In this document: positions 50,548-60,823 of the stretch, piece after piece
Layout of the letters: each line of letters begins with the position of its first letter
Position numbering within the stretch: position 1 is the stretch's first letter
IMG/VR virus record: IMGVR_UViG_3300013103_000007
Length of the DNA stretch: 64,000 nt
Origin: an uncultured virus (IMG/VR IMGVR_UViG_3300013103_000007)
Lineage: Duplodnaviria; Heunggongvirae; Uroviricota; Caudoviricetes
Strand: one strand, 5' to 3'
Notes under the pieces: generated by a model
Database searches by the model: none
Told to the model about the DNA's origin: nothing
What the model saw: the letters and a program-made list of their open reading frames with translations, nothing else
Translations under genes and position numbers: made by a program

Positions 50548-51645
50548 ATGGCTATTGTAGTTAATAATTTAAGATCAGGAGCAAAATTCACCCAAGCTAT
50601 TCCTCCATTAAATCCAAAACAGAATGATGTTTGGTATGATATATCTGCAAAATTATATAAAGTATATAACTCCGGTGAATGGGAATTAATATTTAATAAA
50701 ACAGCTTCTGGATCACCTGGTGGTAATTATGGGTATATTTTAGGGGGTTATTCTGGAGATCATATATCAACAATTGACAGAATGCAATTTCCATTTGATT
50801 CTGGCACCACCATACAAGTTGGATATATTTCATCGAACCGAAATGCTTTTTATTGCTGTAATTCAACAAATTATGCATATACGGTTGGCGGCGATGTTGG
50901 AACTACTGGAGTGTACGTATCAATTATTGATCGAATTGAATTTCCGTTTGATTCAGGAACTGCAACCAATGTTGGAACAATTAGCCATAATGCTAGCCGA
51001 GCAACTGCGTGTAATTCTTCAAATATTGGTTATGCAATGGGTGGGCGAATTGCCTTAACAAGTGACATATCCGGAATTGATGAATTAATATTTCCGTTTG
51101 ATTCTGGAAATGCAACAGCAACATCAAATTTAGGGCGAAGTACAAGCGGAGCTTCTGGGTGTAATTCATCAACATTTGGATATGCAATGGGTGGGCATCA
51201 TCATATTGATGTCAATTCTAGTATATATTTATCTGCGATTAGTAGACTTTCATTTCCATTTGATTCAGCAGTTGCTTCTAATGATACCCGTTTATCTTCA
51301 AAACGATTTTGTTCTGCTTCTTGTAATTCATCTACATTTGGTTATGCAATGGGCGGGCGTGAAGATTCCAATTTTTTAAGCACGATTGACAAAATTGAAT
51401 TCCCATTTGATTCAGGAACTGCAACAAGCGTTGGTAATTTAACTGCATTGTACGGCAATGGTTATGAAAATGGCTGTAATTCAACAATACATGGTTATTC
51501 TCTGGGATTAAATAGTAGTTCTTCAATTGATAGGATTGAATTTCCATTTGATTCAGGCACAGCAGTAAATGTTGGGTGTTTGTCCGGGTTAAAAAGATAT
51601 GGTGGTGGAACTGATGGAACTGATTTTTCTTCAATGTTTGTATAA
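50548..51645 (+). CDS. Kelch-like beta-propeller protein, paralog 3
   Basis: Six FPFDSG repeats; 5' end nearly identical to paralog 2. Confidence 0.7.
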   Translation: MAIVVNNLRSGAKFTQAIPPLNPKQNDVWYDISAKLYKVYNSGEWELIFNKTASGSPGGNYGYILGGYSGDHISTIDRMQFPFDSGTTIQVGYISSNRNAFYCCNSTNYAYTVGGDVGTTGVYVSIIDRIEFPFDSGTATNVGTISHNASRATACNSSNIGYAMGGRIALTSDISGIDELIFPFDSGNATATSNLGRSTSGASGCNSSTFGYAMGGHHHIDVNSSIYLSAISRLSFPFDSAVASNDTRLSSKRFCSASCNSSTFGYAMGGREDSNFLSTIDKIEFPFDSGTATSVGNLTALYGNGYENGCNSTIHGYSLGLNSSSSIDRIEFPFDSGTAVNVGCLSGLKRYGGGTDGTDFSSMFV

Positions 51646-51660
51646 AAAGGAATTTATAAT

Positions 51661-52596
51661 ATGTTTAATAAATTAAGAACATTTACGTTCACCCAACCTG
51701 GTCCAACTGAACCATCAAATCCGGATACAGGTGATACTTGGTTAAATACAAATACCCGAGATTTTAAAATTTTCAATGGGGTAAAATGGATTCCTGAGGT
51801 AGAAGAATCAACGCCTTCAACAAATATTGAAAACATATCTTGGGCTAATGAAACATTTAATGTTTCATCACAACAGGGGTCATCGGCAGATATTGCATTT
51901 AACCCAAATGGTGATAAATTATATGTCAGCGGGTATGGCGTGAATAAAATATCAATGTATAATCTTTCGACCCCGTGGGATGTTTCAACAGCCACTTTTT
52001 CAAATGTCGAAATGTCAATATCAACAACATATACAATGGGATTGACCTTTTCCTCAGATGGTATGTATATTTATATTGTAGATTATTCAAATAAATCAAT
52101 AGCTAGGTATTCCTTAACAACAGCTTGGGATATTTCAACTAGTACTGGGCAGGATCAATCTGTATTATTATCTGCATATTATAATTATATGTTTGGTGTA
52201 CAATGGAATGATGATGGGACCATATTATATGTGGCTGGAAATGATACAAAAAAATTAACACAATATACAGTATCAGTTGCATGGGATCTTACTGCAAATC
52301 TTTCATTCACAGGAGAATATACCCCAACGTTACCGGATACTACATTGTTTTATGATATATTATTTATGAATTCTGGTAATAAATTAATTGCTTTAGATTA
52401 TCAACAATCGAGGTTATATCAATATTCGTTAGGTACAGCTTGGGATATTACATCTGCTGTTTATGATAATTTTTATCAACAATTTGATATATTAGAAGAA
52501 GATGACGAAAATAATACTCATGGAATATTTACAAATAATATAAAACTGTGGATGATTGGTCCAGCGAAAGATACTGTATTTACATACAATTTATAA
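51661..52596 (+). CDS. Beta-propeller protein (AWDIST repeats)
   Basis: FxxDGxKLY...YxLxxxWDIST repeats; N-terminal GDTWLNT adaptor. Confidence 0.7.
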   Translation: MFNKLRTFTFTQPGPTEPSNPDTGDTWLNTNTRDFKIFNGVKWIPEVEESTPSTNIENISWANETFNVSSQQGSSADIAFNPNGDKLYVSGYGVNKISMYNLSTPWDVSTATFSNVEMSISTTYTMGLTFSSDGMYIYIVDYSNKSIARYSLTTAWDISTSTGQDQSVLLSAYYNYMFGVQWNDDGTILYVAGNDTKKLTQYTVSVAWDLTANLSFTGEYTPTLPDTTLFYDILFMNSGNKLIALDYQQSRLYQYSLGTAWDITSAVYDNFYQQFDILEEDDENNTHGIFTNNIKLWMIGPAKDTVFTYNL

Positions 52597-52754
52597 AAAA
52601 GTTAATTCAATAAATATTTTTGCGTGCAATTTTTAATTTAAAATTAATTATCTTCTAAATTCAGAACATATAATTAAGCTATTGCATTTGTAATAGTAAA
52701 ACCCAACCGACTTTAAACAATAAGGGCGTTAGTCGGTAGTCCGTATTAAGGAGA

Positions 52755-53537
52755 ATGAAAATGATGTACTGTGAAAAGCTAGTTGCATGTGTCAAGGTTG
52801 GTGATAAAATAATTCGTGAACAAGGCGAAAATGTTTATTTGCCATTCGGTTCAGATTATTCAATTTATTTGAAAAATCTTCATACATCAATATGTGCTGT
52901 TAGCATTACAATTGATGGTGAAGATGTTTTAAGCAACCACAATATTTTAATTGACCCAAAAACAAGCATGGAATTGGAAGGGTTTTTAAATGATAATGGG
53001 CGTGCTAAAAATAAATTTAGATTTATTGAAAAGACTGAGCAGATTTCTGAATATCGTGGTGACAATATTGAAGATGGATTGATTGTAATAACTTATAAAT
53101 TTGTCGAACCTCGTTTGACGTTTTCAGGCTTGATGGATGTTCGTGGCAGTGATAGTAATTTTGGTGGAAATAATGATCCACTTTCACCATATTACCATGC
53201 CCCGCAATGGACTTGTTCGGCTGGAGATCCGACATATGGGCAAGTTACAACAACATGTTCAACTCAATATATGGTTAATTGTACGCCTGTAAATGATTTA
53301 GGTATAACAGTCAAAGGGCAAAGAACAAATCAAAATTTTAGGGAATCTAAGATTCATCATAATTATGGTGAAGAAAAAACTATGGTTTTACATTTAAAAG
53401 GTGTAACAATCAAAAATGAAAAAATAGCCACAGTTAAATCAACCCGACAAAAAATTAAATGCCCAACTTGTGGATTGTTAAATAAATCATATTCGAAATA
53501 TTGCAATAGATGTGGTACAAGTATTTACCCATTTTAA
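52755..53537 (+). CDS. Conserved phage protein with C-terminal zinc ribbon
   Basis: CPTCG...CNRCG. Confidence 0.65.
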   Translation: MKMMYCEKLVACVKVGDKIIREQGENVYLPFGSDYSIYLKNLHTSICAVSITIDGEDVLSNHNILIDPKTSMELEGFLNDNGRAKNKFRFIEKTEQISEYRGDNIEDGLIVITYKFVEPRLTFSGLMDVRGSDSNFGGNNDPLSPYYHAPQWTCSAGDPTYGQVTTTCSTQYMVNCTPVNDLGITVKGQRTNQNFRESKIHHNYGEEKTMVLHLKGVTIKNEKIATVKSTRQKIKCPTCGLLNKSYSKYCNRCGTSIYPF

Positions 53538-53553
53538 TTTTTATTGAATAATT

Positions 53554-53596
53554 AAAAAAGAACCAATGGAATACATAAATCCATTGGTTCTTTTTT
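53554..53596. terminator. Rho-independent terminator
   Basis: AAAAAAGAACCAATGGA...TCCATTGGTTCTTTTTT. Confidence 0.85.
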
Positions 53597-53709
53597 ACGC
53601 AGAATTTTTATTACAATCATATACGCTAATCAAATTGAATTTAACTTAAAAATATAGAACATATATATGAGTTATATTTGCTATTGAAATGTTGGTAGGA
53701 GAAAAATAA

Positions 53710-53997
53710 ATGGAATCAATTGAAGTTTTAAATTCATCTGATGCAATTGTATTAAGCATTAATGACGTAAGACTGATTGCCGGCAATTATATTTGGGGTG
53801 GTGGTAATGATTATTTATTAATTCATAGTTATCATGCCCTGGATGCGACGGCTATTAATAATGAAATAGGCAATGAAATAAAAATAAAAATAGACGGAGT
53901 TGTTAAATTCCAAGGTAATTTAGCATCAATAGAATTAATTTCTTCATGGAAATACCCACCGGAAAACTCTGGTATAAAAATCGGAATTCCAATTTAA
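53710..53997 (+). CDS. Hypothetical protein
   Basis: ORF with AGGAG RBS. Confidence 0.6.
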   Translation: MESIEVLNSSDAIVLSINDVRLIAGNYIWGGGNDYLLIHSYHALDATAINNEIGNEIKIKIDGVVKFQGNLASIELISSWKYPPENSGIKIGIPI

Positions 53998-54009
53998 AGG
54001 TATAATAAA

Positions 54010-54288
54010 ATGGCATCAATTCAAATAGTTGATAGAGAATCGCAAAATGTTTTCTTCAATTTAACTAATGTTATAATTACTTTAAAATCTATTGATAAAA
54101 ATAACACCAATTTAAAAAAAATTATTGTGCATAGCGAAACTCACACGCCTTTAAATGATTTCATTGAAAAATTAACAATTGCTGTCGATGTGAATATTGA
54201 TGATTCTACTATCACCGGAGATTTGCGGTATGTGTTAAAACAGCAAATTGATGAAAATCATTTTTTCTATGTGTTTACAATTGTATAA
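54010..54288 (+). CDS. Hypothetical protein
   Basis: ORF with RBS. Confidence 0.6.
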   Translation: MASIQIVDRESQNVFFNLTNVIITLKSIDKNNTNLKKIIVHSETHTPLNDFIEKLTIAVDVNIDDSTITGDLRYVLKQQIDENHFFYVFTIV

Positions 54289-54302
54289 TTAGGAGAATCA
54301 AA

Positions 54303-55163
54303 ATGAGTTGGACAGATGTCCCATTAACTAATCAAATATTGGTTAAAAAAGTACATATTGAAGAATTAAGAAATGATATTGATGATTTGAATAATATTGC
54401 ATGCCCAACTGATAAAGCTGTAGTTTACAATGCTAATTATACAACAGACAATGCAAATTATAATACATCAGTTTTGTCATCTCAGAAAGTTAATGATAAT
54501 GCAATGAATAATGCGTCAGTTCAAAGTTCGCATAATTCAATTGATAATAATACACAGAATAATGGGCAAGATACAAATTATCATAATAATGATCATGCAA
54601 CTGTTCATTCGACATATGATTCTTCTAATTTGGGGGGGCATGATGTTGTTGATAGATCTTCGCATAATGATGGTGTAAAAACAGCTCATTATAATTCTGA
54701 TAATGGATCTGCTGATACAACACAAAAAGCAACTGACAATGGAACAGTTCTTTCCTCAAATGATAATTCTGCGCATGGTGGCTTAAATTCAAGTGTTTTA
54801 AATGGGGATGACGGATCTTATTTAAGTGGTTATAATAACGGATATGATAGTGGTGATGATTATGGTTATCACAGCACACATTATTCAGGTCGAGATAGCA
54901 CCAATTATTCTGGACATGATAATGGTGATAATGGAACAGTTTTAAGCACACATAATGAATCATATCATACTTCTCAAGATGTTGGGGTCGATGCATCCGC
55001 GCAGACTGGGTATGAATATACGGATCAAACTACATATAATACAAATTTATGCTCATCCCATAATAACGCTGTTTATTCCGGTTATGATAATGGGTTAAAT
55101 ACATCACATGATGGAACTAATGATACGACCGTCAAAGCTACTTTTGATGGTGGTTATGCATAA
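54303..55163 (+). CDS. Asn/Asp/Ser/His-rich repeat protein A
   Basis: N-terminal WTD...HIEELR..ID...AC, then quasi-8-residue DNxxVxSx repeats. Confidence 0.7.
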   Translation: MSWTDVPLTNQILVKKVHIEELRNDIDDLNNIACPTDKAVVYNANYTTDNANYNTSVLSSQKVNDNAMNNASVQSSHNSIDNNTQNNGQDTNYHNNDHATVHSTYDSSNLGGHDVVDRSSHNDGVKTAHYNSDNGSADTTQKATDNGTVLSSNDNSAHGGLNSSVLNGDDGSYLSGYNNGYDSGDDYGYHSTHYSGRDSTNYSGHDNGDNGTVLSTHNESYHTSQDVGVDASAQTGYEYTDQTTYNTNLCSSHNNAVYSGYDNGLNTSHDGTNDTTVKATFDGGYA

Positions 55164-55194
55164 ATTTTAAAATAATATAAATGGGGTTCTTATT

Positions 55195-56169
55195 ATGTCA
55201 TATGTTTGGACTGATGATCCGTTAACCATAAACACTCAAGTGTTTATGCAACATATAGTTGAATTGCGGGAAAAAATTAATATTGAAAGGCAGAATCGTT
55301 CTTTATCTAATAGCCTATGGACAGATAATAATTTAAACAATCAAAATATTAAACCTGTGCATGTCGAAGAATTAAGAACTTCAATAGATGAAGCAAAAAC
55401 AATTTCAGCTTGTACTTCTCATAATGCAAATTATGATGGAACTGAAAATAGTTCATTTGATAATTCTGATGATAATGTTGTATATAATAACCATGATACA
55501 GATTTTGATGGATCATTTGCAACAAATTGTACGGCTGTTGATACAACACATGATTCAATAGCCAATGGCAATCATAATATATCTGATGATGCATCTGAAA
55601 ATTTAACTGTGCATTCTGGGTATAATGGAACTGATGATTCATCACAATACATATCAGTTCTAACAACACATAACTCCAACCAAGATACTACACACGATTC
55701 TTCAAATTATGGAACAAATGATGGATCCAGAAATGTATCATATGAATCAAGTGATGATTCTGGTGCAAATAATTCTGTTTATTCATCGAATGATTCAGGA
55801 GTTGACTCATATGATAATTATTCTGTCGATTCCGGAGATAATTATGCATATGATTCTTATGATGATGGAACAGTTCAATCAAATTATGATGGAACAGTTC
55901 AATCAAGTAATTTGGTAGGGGCTGATGCTTCTGATGATACAACAGTTAATGCAACATATAATACAACAGTTCATGCAGCAGCGGACGGGACAAAATATTC
56001 AGGTCATTTGCAAGGTGTTTATTCAACATATAATAGCACTGTACAATCATCACATAATAATAGTGAATTAAATGATAATCATTCTGGGTATAATAATGAT
56101 TTAAATACATCAATTCATGGAAGCTATAATGGATCCGATTGTCAGTCAGTCGGCAATGGTGGAGAATAA
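55195..56169 (+). CDS. Asn/Asp/Ser/His-rich repeat protein B
   Basis: Two copies of the WTD...HxxELR motif, then the same repeat type. Confidence 0.7.
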   Translation: MSYVWTDDPLTINTQVFMQHIVELREKINIERQNRSLSNSLWTDNNLNNQNIKPVHVEELRTSIDEAKTISACTSHNANYDGTENSSFDNSDDNVVYNNHDTDFDGSFATNCTAVDTTHDSIANGNHNISDDASENLTVHSGYNGTDDSSQYISVLTTHNSNQDTTHDSSNYGTNDGSRNVSYESSDDSGANNSVYSSNDSGVDSYDNYSVDSGDNYAYDSYDDGTVQSNYDGTVQSSNLVGADASDDTTVNATYNTTVHAAADGTKYSGHLQGVYSTYNSTVQSSHNNSELNDNHSGYNNDLNTSIHGSYNGSDCQSVGNGGE

Positions 56170-56198
56170 ATTTTTTAAAAATTTAATATGGAGCAATT

Positions 56199-56531
56199 AT
56201 GAATTTTATTGAAATATTGGAAGAATCACCGAAAGATGCAGCACTGGCTTCTTTAACAGCTATTTTGTTAAAGAATAATTTTGAAGATCAAAGAAATATG
56301 TATGAGCAATTGAGGGAATATTTCAAGGCCAATAAAGATAATTTAGATGCACATATGTCTAAAGTATTTGAAATATTTAAAATCGAAAAAGCAAACAATG
56401 AACTATTGTTAAATGCTTTGATGGTTGGTGAAAAAAATACAACAATATTATTAAAAAACAAATATGAGCAACATGCGCCAAAATCCACGGGTGCAAAAAT
56501 GTCACCTAAAATCAAACAATGGTGGGAATAA
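56199..56531 (+). CDS. Hypothetical helical protein
   Basis: ORF with GGAG RBS. Confidence 0.6.
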   Translation: MNFIEILEESPKDAALASLTAILLKNNFEDQRNMYEQLREYFKANKDNLDAHMSKVFEIFKIEKANNELLLNALMVGEKNTTILLKNKYEQHAPKSTGAKMSPKIKQWWE

Positions 56532-56535
56532 TATA

Positions 56536-56718
56536 ATGGAAATTAATATCGAAAAAGCTATAGCATTACGTGATATATCGAATTTTCGTAGTGAATATGA
56601 ATCCACAATTGCAAATGATAAAACGACTCCTGAAATACAGGAAATAAAAAATGGATACAAAAACACATTATTGTTATCCAATATTACATTAATTCGAAAT
56701 AAATATCTAAATTCTTAA
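56536..56718 (+). CDS. Small hypothetical protein
   Basis: Likely start at MEINIEK within ORF 56464-56718. Confidence 0.45.
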   Translation: MEINIEKAIALRDISNFRSEYESTIANDKTTPEIQEIKNGYKNTLLLSNITLIRNKYLNS

Positions 56719-56735
56719 AGGATGCAGCGAATATT

Positions 56736-57953
56736 ATGAATTGCATAGATGAATACCCAAAGGCCATTGAAGAAAAAATTTTAAATCGAATCTCAGGAAT
56801 TGAATTAGTTGTATCTGAAAAATGTCAAAATAATTGCAAGTATTGTTATCGGGTTAAAAAACATAATGCTTCACCAATAACATATATAACACCAAGTAAA
56901 GCCAGATTGTTATTAAATAATTTTTTAGAAACATTTAAAATCGATGTTGGTTTCTATTCATCCAGATGCGGTGAATTATTTGGTGGTGATGCTGGTGTAA
57001 ATTATCAATATTTAAAAGAAATTATTCATATAATGATTTCTGAGTTCAAATTTAGAAATGTTGTTATACCAACCAATGCCAGACTTTTACAAGAATTAGC
57101 CCAACCTGATTTAATAGATTTATTGGAAGCTGGTGAAAATAGAGTTTCATTTAGCTTGTCTGTTGATGGCAGCCCACAGGATGCACAAAGATCTCTATCC
57201 AAATTTGGTAAAATGTTATCTTATGATGAAAAGATAAATTATCAAAAATTGGTCGCTATGGCTAAAAAATATCATTTTGGGTTTCACCCAATGTTGACTT
57301 TTGAATCTATTTCAACATGGCTTGATACTGTAAAATCATTTTTTGATATGGGTATTGTTCCATATCTTCTGGAGGTTCGGCATCCGTTAATGAAAGATAA
57401 TGCAATTGATGCTGTTAAAACTTTAGGTAAAATACGACAATTTTTAGAACCACGAATTGATAAACAAACGCTTAGGCAATCTAATACTTTGTCTATGTCA
57501 ATTGTACCACGTGGGTTGGGATGTTCGGCATTGACCACAATATCAATTATGCCAAATGGAGATTTACCATTTTGTCATAGAGTTGTTGACCCGCCGTGGG
57601 TAAAAGGAAACGTTCTTGAAAAAACAATTAATTTTTCAAAAATGATTTCTGAAACTTCTATTTATAATCATCGTAACCATCCGTTATGTATGGCCTGTGT
57701 TATTCGTGATTTGTGTGCAGGTCAATGCGCAGGTGCATCATATGAATACTGGGGCGATCCCTGGATTCCAATTGAATCCATTTGTAATTTTCAACGATTG
57801 AAAACTTATATCTTTGCTGAAATTTTTGATGATTGGAAGAATATATATGATAGCCATAATCAACATTCAATTGAAAAAGATACATTAAAAAATACAGTTG
57901 AGAATACATATGGTGCAGATACAATAAACAAATTATTGTCGGAGCTGCAATGA
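56736..57953 (+). CDS. Radical SAM/SPASM-domain protein
   Basis: CQNNCKYC; C-terminal CSAL...PFCH...CMAC.....CAGQC...C. Confidence 0.9.
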   Translation: MNCIDEYPKAIEEKILNRISGIELVVSEKCQNNCKYCYRVKKHNASPITYITPSKARLLLNNFLETFKIDVGFYSSRCGELFGGDAGVNYQYLKEIIHIMISEFKFRNVVIPTNARLLQELAQPDLIDLLEAGENRVSFSLSVDGSPQDAQRSLSKFGKMLSYDEKINYQKLVAMAKKYHFGFHPMLTFESISTWLDTVKSFFDMGIVPYLLEVRHPLMKDNAIDAVKTLGKIRQFLEPRIDKQTLRQSNTLSMSIVPRGLGCSALTTISIMPNGDLPFCHRVVDPPWVKGNVLEKTINFSKMISETSIYNHRNHPLCMACVIRDLCAGQCAGASYEYWGDPWIPIESICNFQRLKTYIFAEIFDDWKNIYDSHNQHSIEKDTLKNTVENTYGADTINKLLSELQ

Positions 57954-58915
57954 AATGTTTATTTATAAATTTAGATAGAGGTGCTGGGGTTTCATTAATT
58001 GGTGAATTGTTTTTAGATATTATAAAAAGATTTGGTGGAATCAATTCGATCGATGTTTATACGACCCAATGTATAAATCAATCTAAAGAATTTATAAATT
58101 ACGAATATGATATTGCAATAATAAATGATTATTCGCCTCATGCAATGACATATAAAAATATATTTGCAAATAATAAATTCAAATATATTTTAAATATATC
58201 GCATGGTACACTATCACAAATTCCTGACTGGATGACTGGGTCAATTGATTTAAATTATGAATATGTAATTAACCCAAATCATAAAGCCCGAAATATAAAT
58301 AAAATTTTTCCATTACATTTTGTACCAGGTAATATATGGGAAAATAAAGATAAACCAAGAATAAATGATAGATTTGTATACGCCGGTAGAATATCAAATG
58401 ATAAATTGCCGTGTGACGTTTTACAAAAGTTGAATTGTAATATTGATGTTTATGGTTTTATCACAGACCAAAAATACTATGAAACAATTAAACATTTGAT
58501 TAATTATTGTGGTGAAGCTGACCATAAGCGATTGGTCGATGTTTATAATTGTTACAGATATAGTATTTTATTCTCCAACACTGAATGTTTATCAATATCA
58601 TTACGTGAACAAATAATGTGTGGCACAACCCCATTAATTATTGATAAGCAAGGTTATTCAAAATCAATAAATCAATATGTCATAAATTATGATGTTGATA
58701 ATTTTGGAAAAAATCGACTGCCAATAAATTTAAATTTGAATACTTATGTATTTGATTTTAATAAAATGATTTTGAATTTTTTATTAATATTGCGTGGCAT
58801 AACATTATGCAATTTAACATTTAAGAAAAATAATATTAAAGAGGTTAACCATCTACACAAACGAAGAACAGGAAATTTAGATTATTCATATGATATCGTA
58901 AATTGGAATTTTTGA
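57950..58915 (+). CDS. Glycosyltransferase (GT-B, family 4-like)
   Basis: FVYAGRISNDK and SNTECLSISLREQIMCGT (E-x7-E) motifs. Confidence 0.8.
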   Translation: MKCLFINLDRGAGVSLIGELFLDIIKRFGGINSIDVYTTQCINQSKEFINYEYDIAIINDYSPHAMTYKNIFANNKFKYILNISHGTLSQIPDWMTGSIDLNYEYVINPNHKARNINKIFPLHFVPGNIWENKDKPRINDRFVYAGRISNDKLPCDVLQKLNCNIDVYGFITDQKYYETIKHLINYCGEADHKRLVDVYNCYRYSILFSNTECLSISLREQIMCGTTPLIIDKQGYSKSINQYVINYDVDNFGKNRLPINLNLNTYVFDFNKMILNFLLILRGITLCNLTFKKNNIKEVNHLHKRRTGNLDYSYDIVNWNF

Positions 58916-58930
58916 AGATAGAGGAATATA

Positions 58931-60511
58931 ATGGTTAAATATGATTTAAATGATATTGGATTTAATTATAAAGGCATTTCAACATCTAAAACAAAATCAG
59001 CTAAAATTGAAGGATCTGATTGGGTGGTTGATGATATCCCAGTTGATGTAGATACTAATGATGCAATTTCTTTTGTAAAGAACTTTATAAAAGGTATTAC
59101 AGCCATTGAAATACCCACGTCTTTGGTTTGTAATCTACGATGTAGATATTGTTATATAGATGATCCTAGAATGAAAAATAAGGTTGTTTCAAGCGATGTG
59201 GTGCACAAGATATTAAAAGAAAGTTCTGAAATGTTTCCATCGTTATCGCCGGATGAAAAAGTTAGAAAATCATTAACAAAAGATGGAAAAGTTTATTTAT
59301 CTCCGTGGGGAGCCGAACCATTTGCAAATATTTCAACTCTTGAAACTATGCAACAATTTGCAAGAGAAACATATGGCAAAGGTAATTATAAATTAAATAC
59401 TTCAACGAATGGAACGTTTTGGAATAAACGGATTGAAAATTTATTTCACAATATGATTGTTGATGAAGCATTTACATCAATTCAAGTATCGTTAGATGGG
59501 CCAAAATCACTACAAGATTTTCAAAGGCCAATATTAGGCGGCGCAGGTTCATATGATAAGATTGAAAATTTTGTTGGAAATCTATCCCATTTATCAAAAG
59601 AACATAATTTAAAGAATAGACCATATACGTTTTGTTCAACTATTCATTTAAAAGACGAAAAATTTGCAGACAATTGGATAGCAGCAGCTGAATTTTTTTC
59701 AACCCCGAATAAATGGTATACATCTTTACCCGTATTGCCGATGCGTATGTCTGGTGAAGATATGGATAATAAAGAATTAGTTAATCGATTCTTGGATGCT
59801 CAACGAAAAATGGTTGAACTTGTAAAACGTAGAACTAAAGAAAATATAACAACTATTGATTTTTATTCATATAAATTATTTGGCAACACGAGCAGTAGAA
59901 GTAAAAATGCATTTCCATATTGCTCAGCATTAAACACCCAAATTGGGGTGGACGTCGATGGATCTCTTTATCCATGCCATGGCCCAATAACAACACCAAT
60001 GCAAAAACCATTTTTATGGTACGGAAATCTTTTTGATAAAGTTATTTCATATAGACAATTATATAGAAATTTCAGTTATCAATATGGAACCTTGTGGACA
60101 AGAGCCAGATGTGTTGATTGCCCGGTATATAACTATTCAAGTGGTAATGTTTGTTGGAGTTGTCCTATTCATAATTTAGGTGTTACAGAAGAGCCATCTA
60201 TGGATAGTCTACATAAATGTTTTGCATATGAACAAGCGTATAAATATTGGATTCAGATAGCAAAAATGACAATTAACAATCCAATACTAAATGATATACC
60301 CAGTGGGTGGTTTAATGACAATAGTGTAAATTTACCCATTGTGAAAAACCCAATTGAAGCAATTGATAAGAATTCTCATTTCAACATGGCGTATGATGGA
60401 ATGATTGATAGGGGCATTCGTAGATTTATTCCTGGTGGGAATTTTGAAAATGTCCAATTTAAAGATAGTTGGTGGAATTTCAATAATTATATTGAAATTA
60501 TAAACAAATAA
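58931..60511 (+). CDS. Radical SAM/SPASM-domain protein
   Basis: CNLRCRYC, WGAEP, STNG, VSLDG; CSAL...YPCH...CVDC...CWSC...C. Confidence 0.9.
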   Translation: MVKYDLNDIGFNYKGISTSKTKSAKIEGSDWVVDDIPVDVDTNDAISFVKNFIKGITAIEIPTSLVCNLRCRYCYIDDPRMKNKVVSSDVVHKILKESSEMFPSLSPDEKVRKSLTKDGKVYLSPWGAEPFANISTLETMQQFARETYGKGNYKLNTSTNGTFWNKRIENLFHNMIVDEAFTSIQVSLDGPKSLQDFQRPILGGAGSYDKIENFVGNLSHLSKEHNLKNRPYTFCSTIHLKDEKFADNWIAAAEFFSTPNKWYTSLPVLPMRMSGEDMDNKELVNRFLDAQRKMVELVKRRTKENITTIDFYSYKLFGNTSSRSKNAFPYCSALNTQIGVDVDGSLYPCHGPITTPMQKPFLWYGNLFDKVISYRQLYRNFSYQYGTLWTRARCVDCPVYNYSSGNVCWSCPIHNLGVTEEPSMDSLHKCFAYEQAYKYWIQIAKMTINNPILNDIPSGWFNDNSVNLPIVKNPIEAIDKNSHFNMAYDGMIDRGIRRFIPGGNFENVQFKDSWWNFNNYIEIINK

Positions 60512-60526
60512 TTTTTGGAGGTTAGC

Positions 60527-60811
60527 ATGACTAATTTTATACTGAAAGATGCATCATCAACCGAAGTTGTAAATGTAAATCTTACAAATTCACAGATTAG
60601 CGGAGACACTACACGGTTAAACATTGGAATAACTTTGCCTGATGGCGTTATTACACTTGGTTCATTTTTCAGTCAATTTGGGCTGGTATGTTCTTTTACT
60701 TTGGATGGGGCACAGGTTTGCTCGGGGACTCTTCGGTCTATTAATATTTCATCCACACAAAATGAAGCCGGAGATGATTTTGATAATTTCCAGTTTGGTG
60801 TTGAGCTTTAA
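60527..60811 (+). CDS. Hypothetical protein
   Basis: GGAGG RBS before ATG 60527 (ORF track start 60515). Confidence 0.6.
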   Translation: MTNFILKDASSTEVVNVNLTNSQISGDTTRLNIGITLPDGVITLGSFFSQFGLVCSFTLDGAQVCSGTLRSINISSTQNEAGDDFDNFQFGVEL

Positions 60812-60823
60812 ATAATATTAACT

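Noticed and set aside
39885..52596. Diversity-generating retroelement acting on fibre genes
   Set aside because: No reverse transcriptase and no TR/VR pair with adenine-specific differences seen; similarities reflect paralogy
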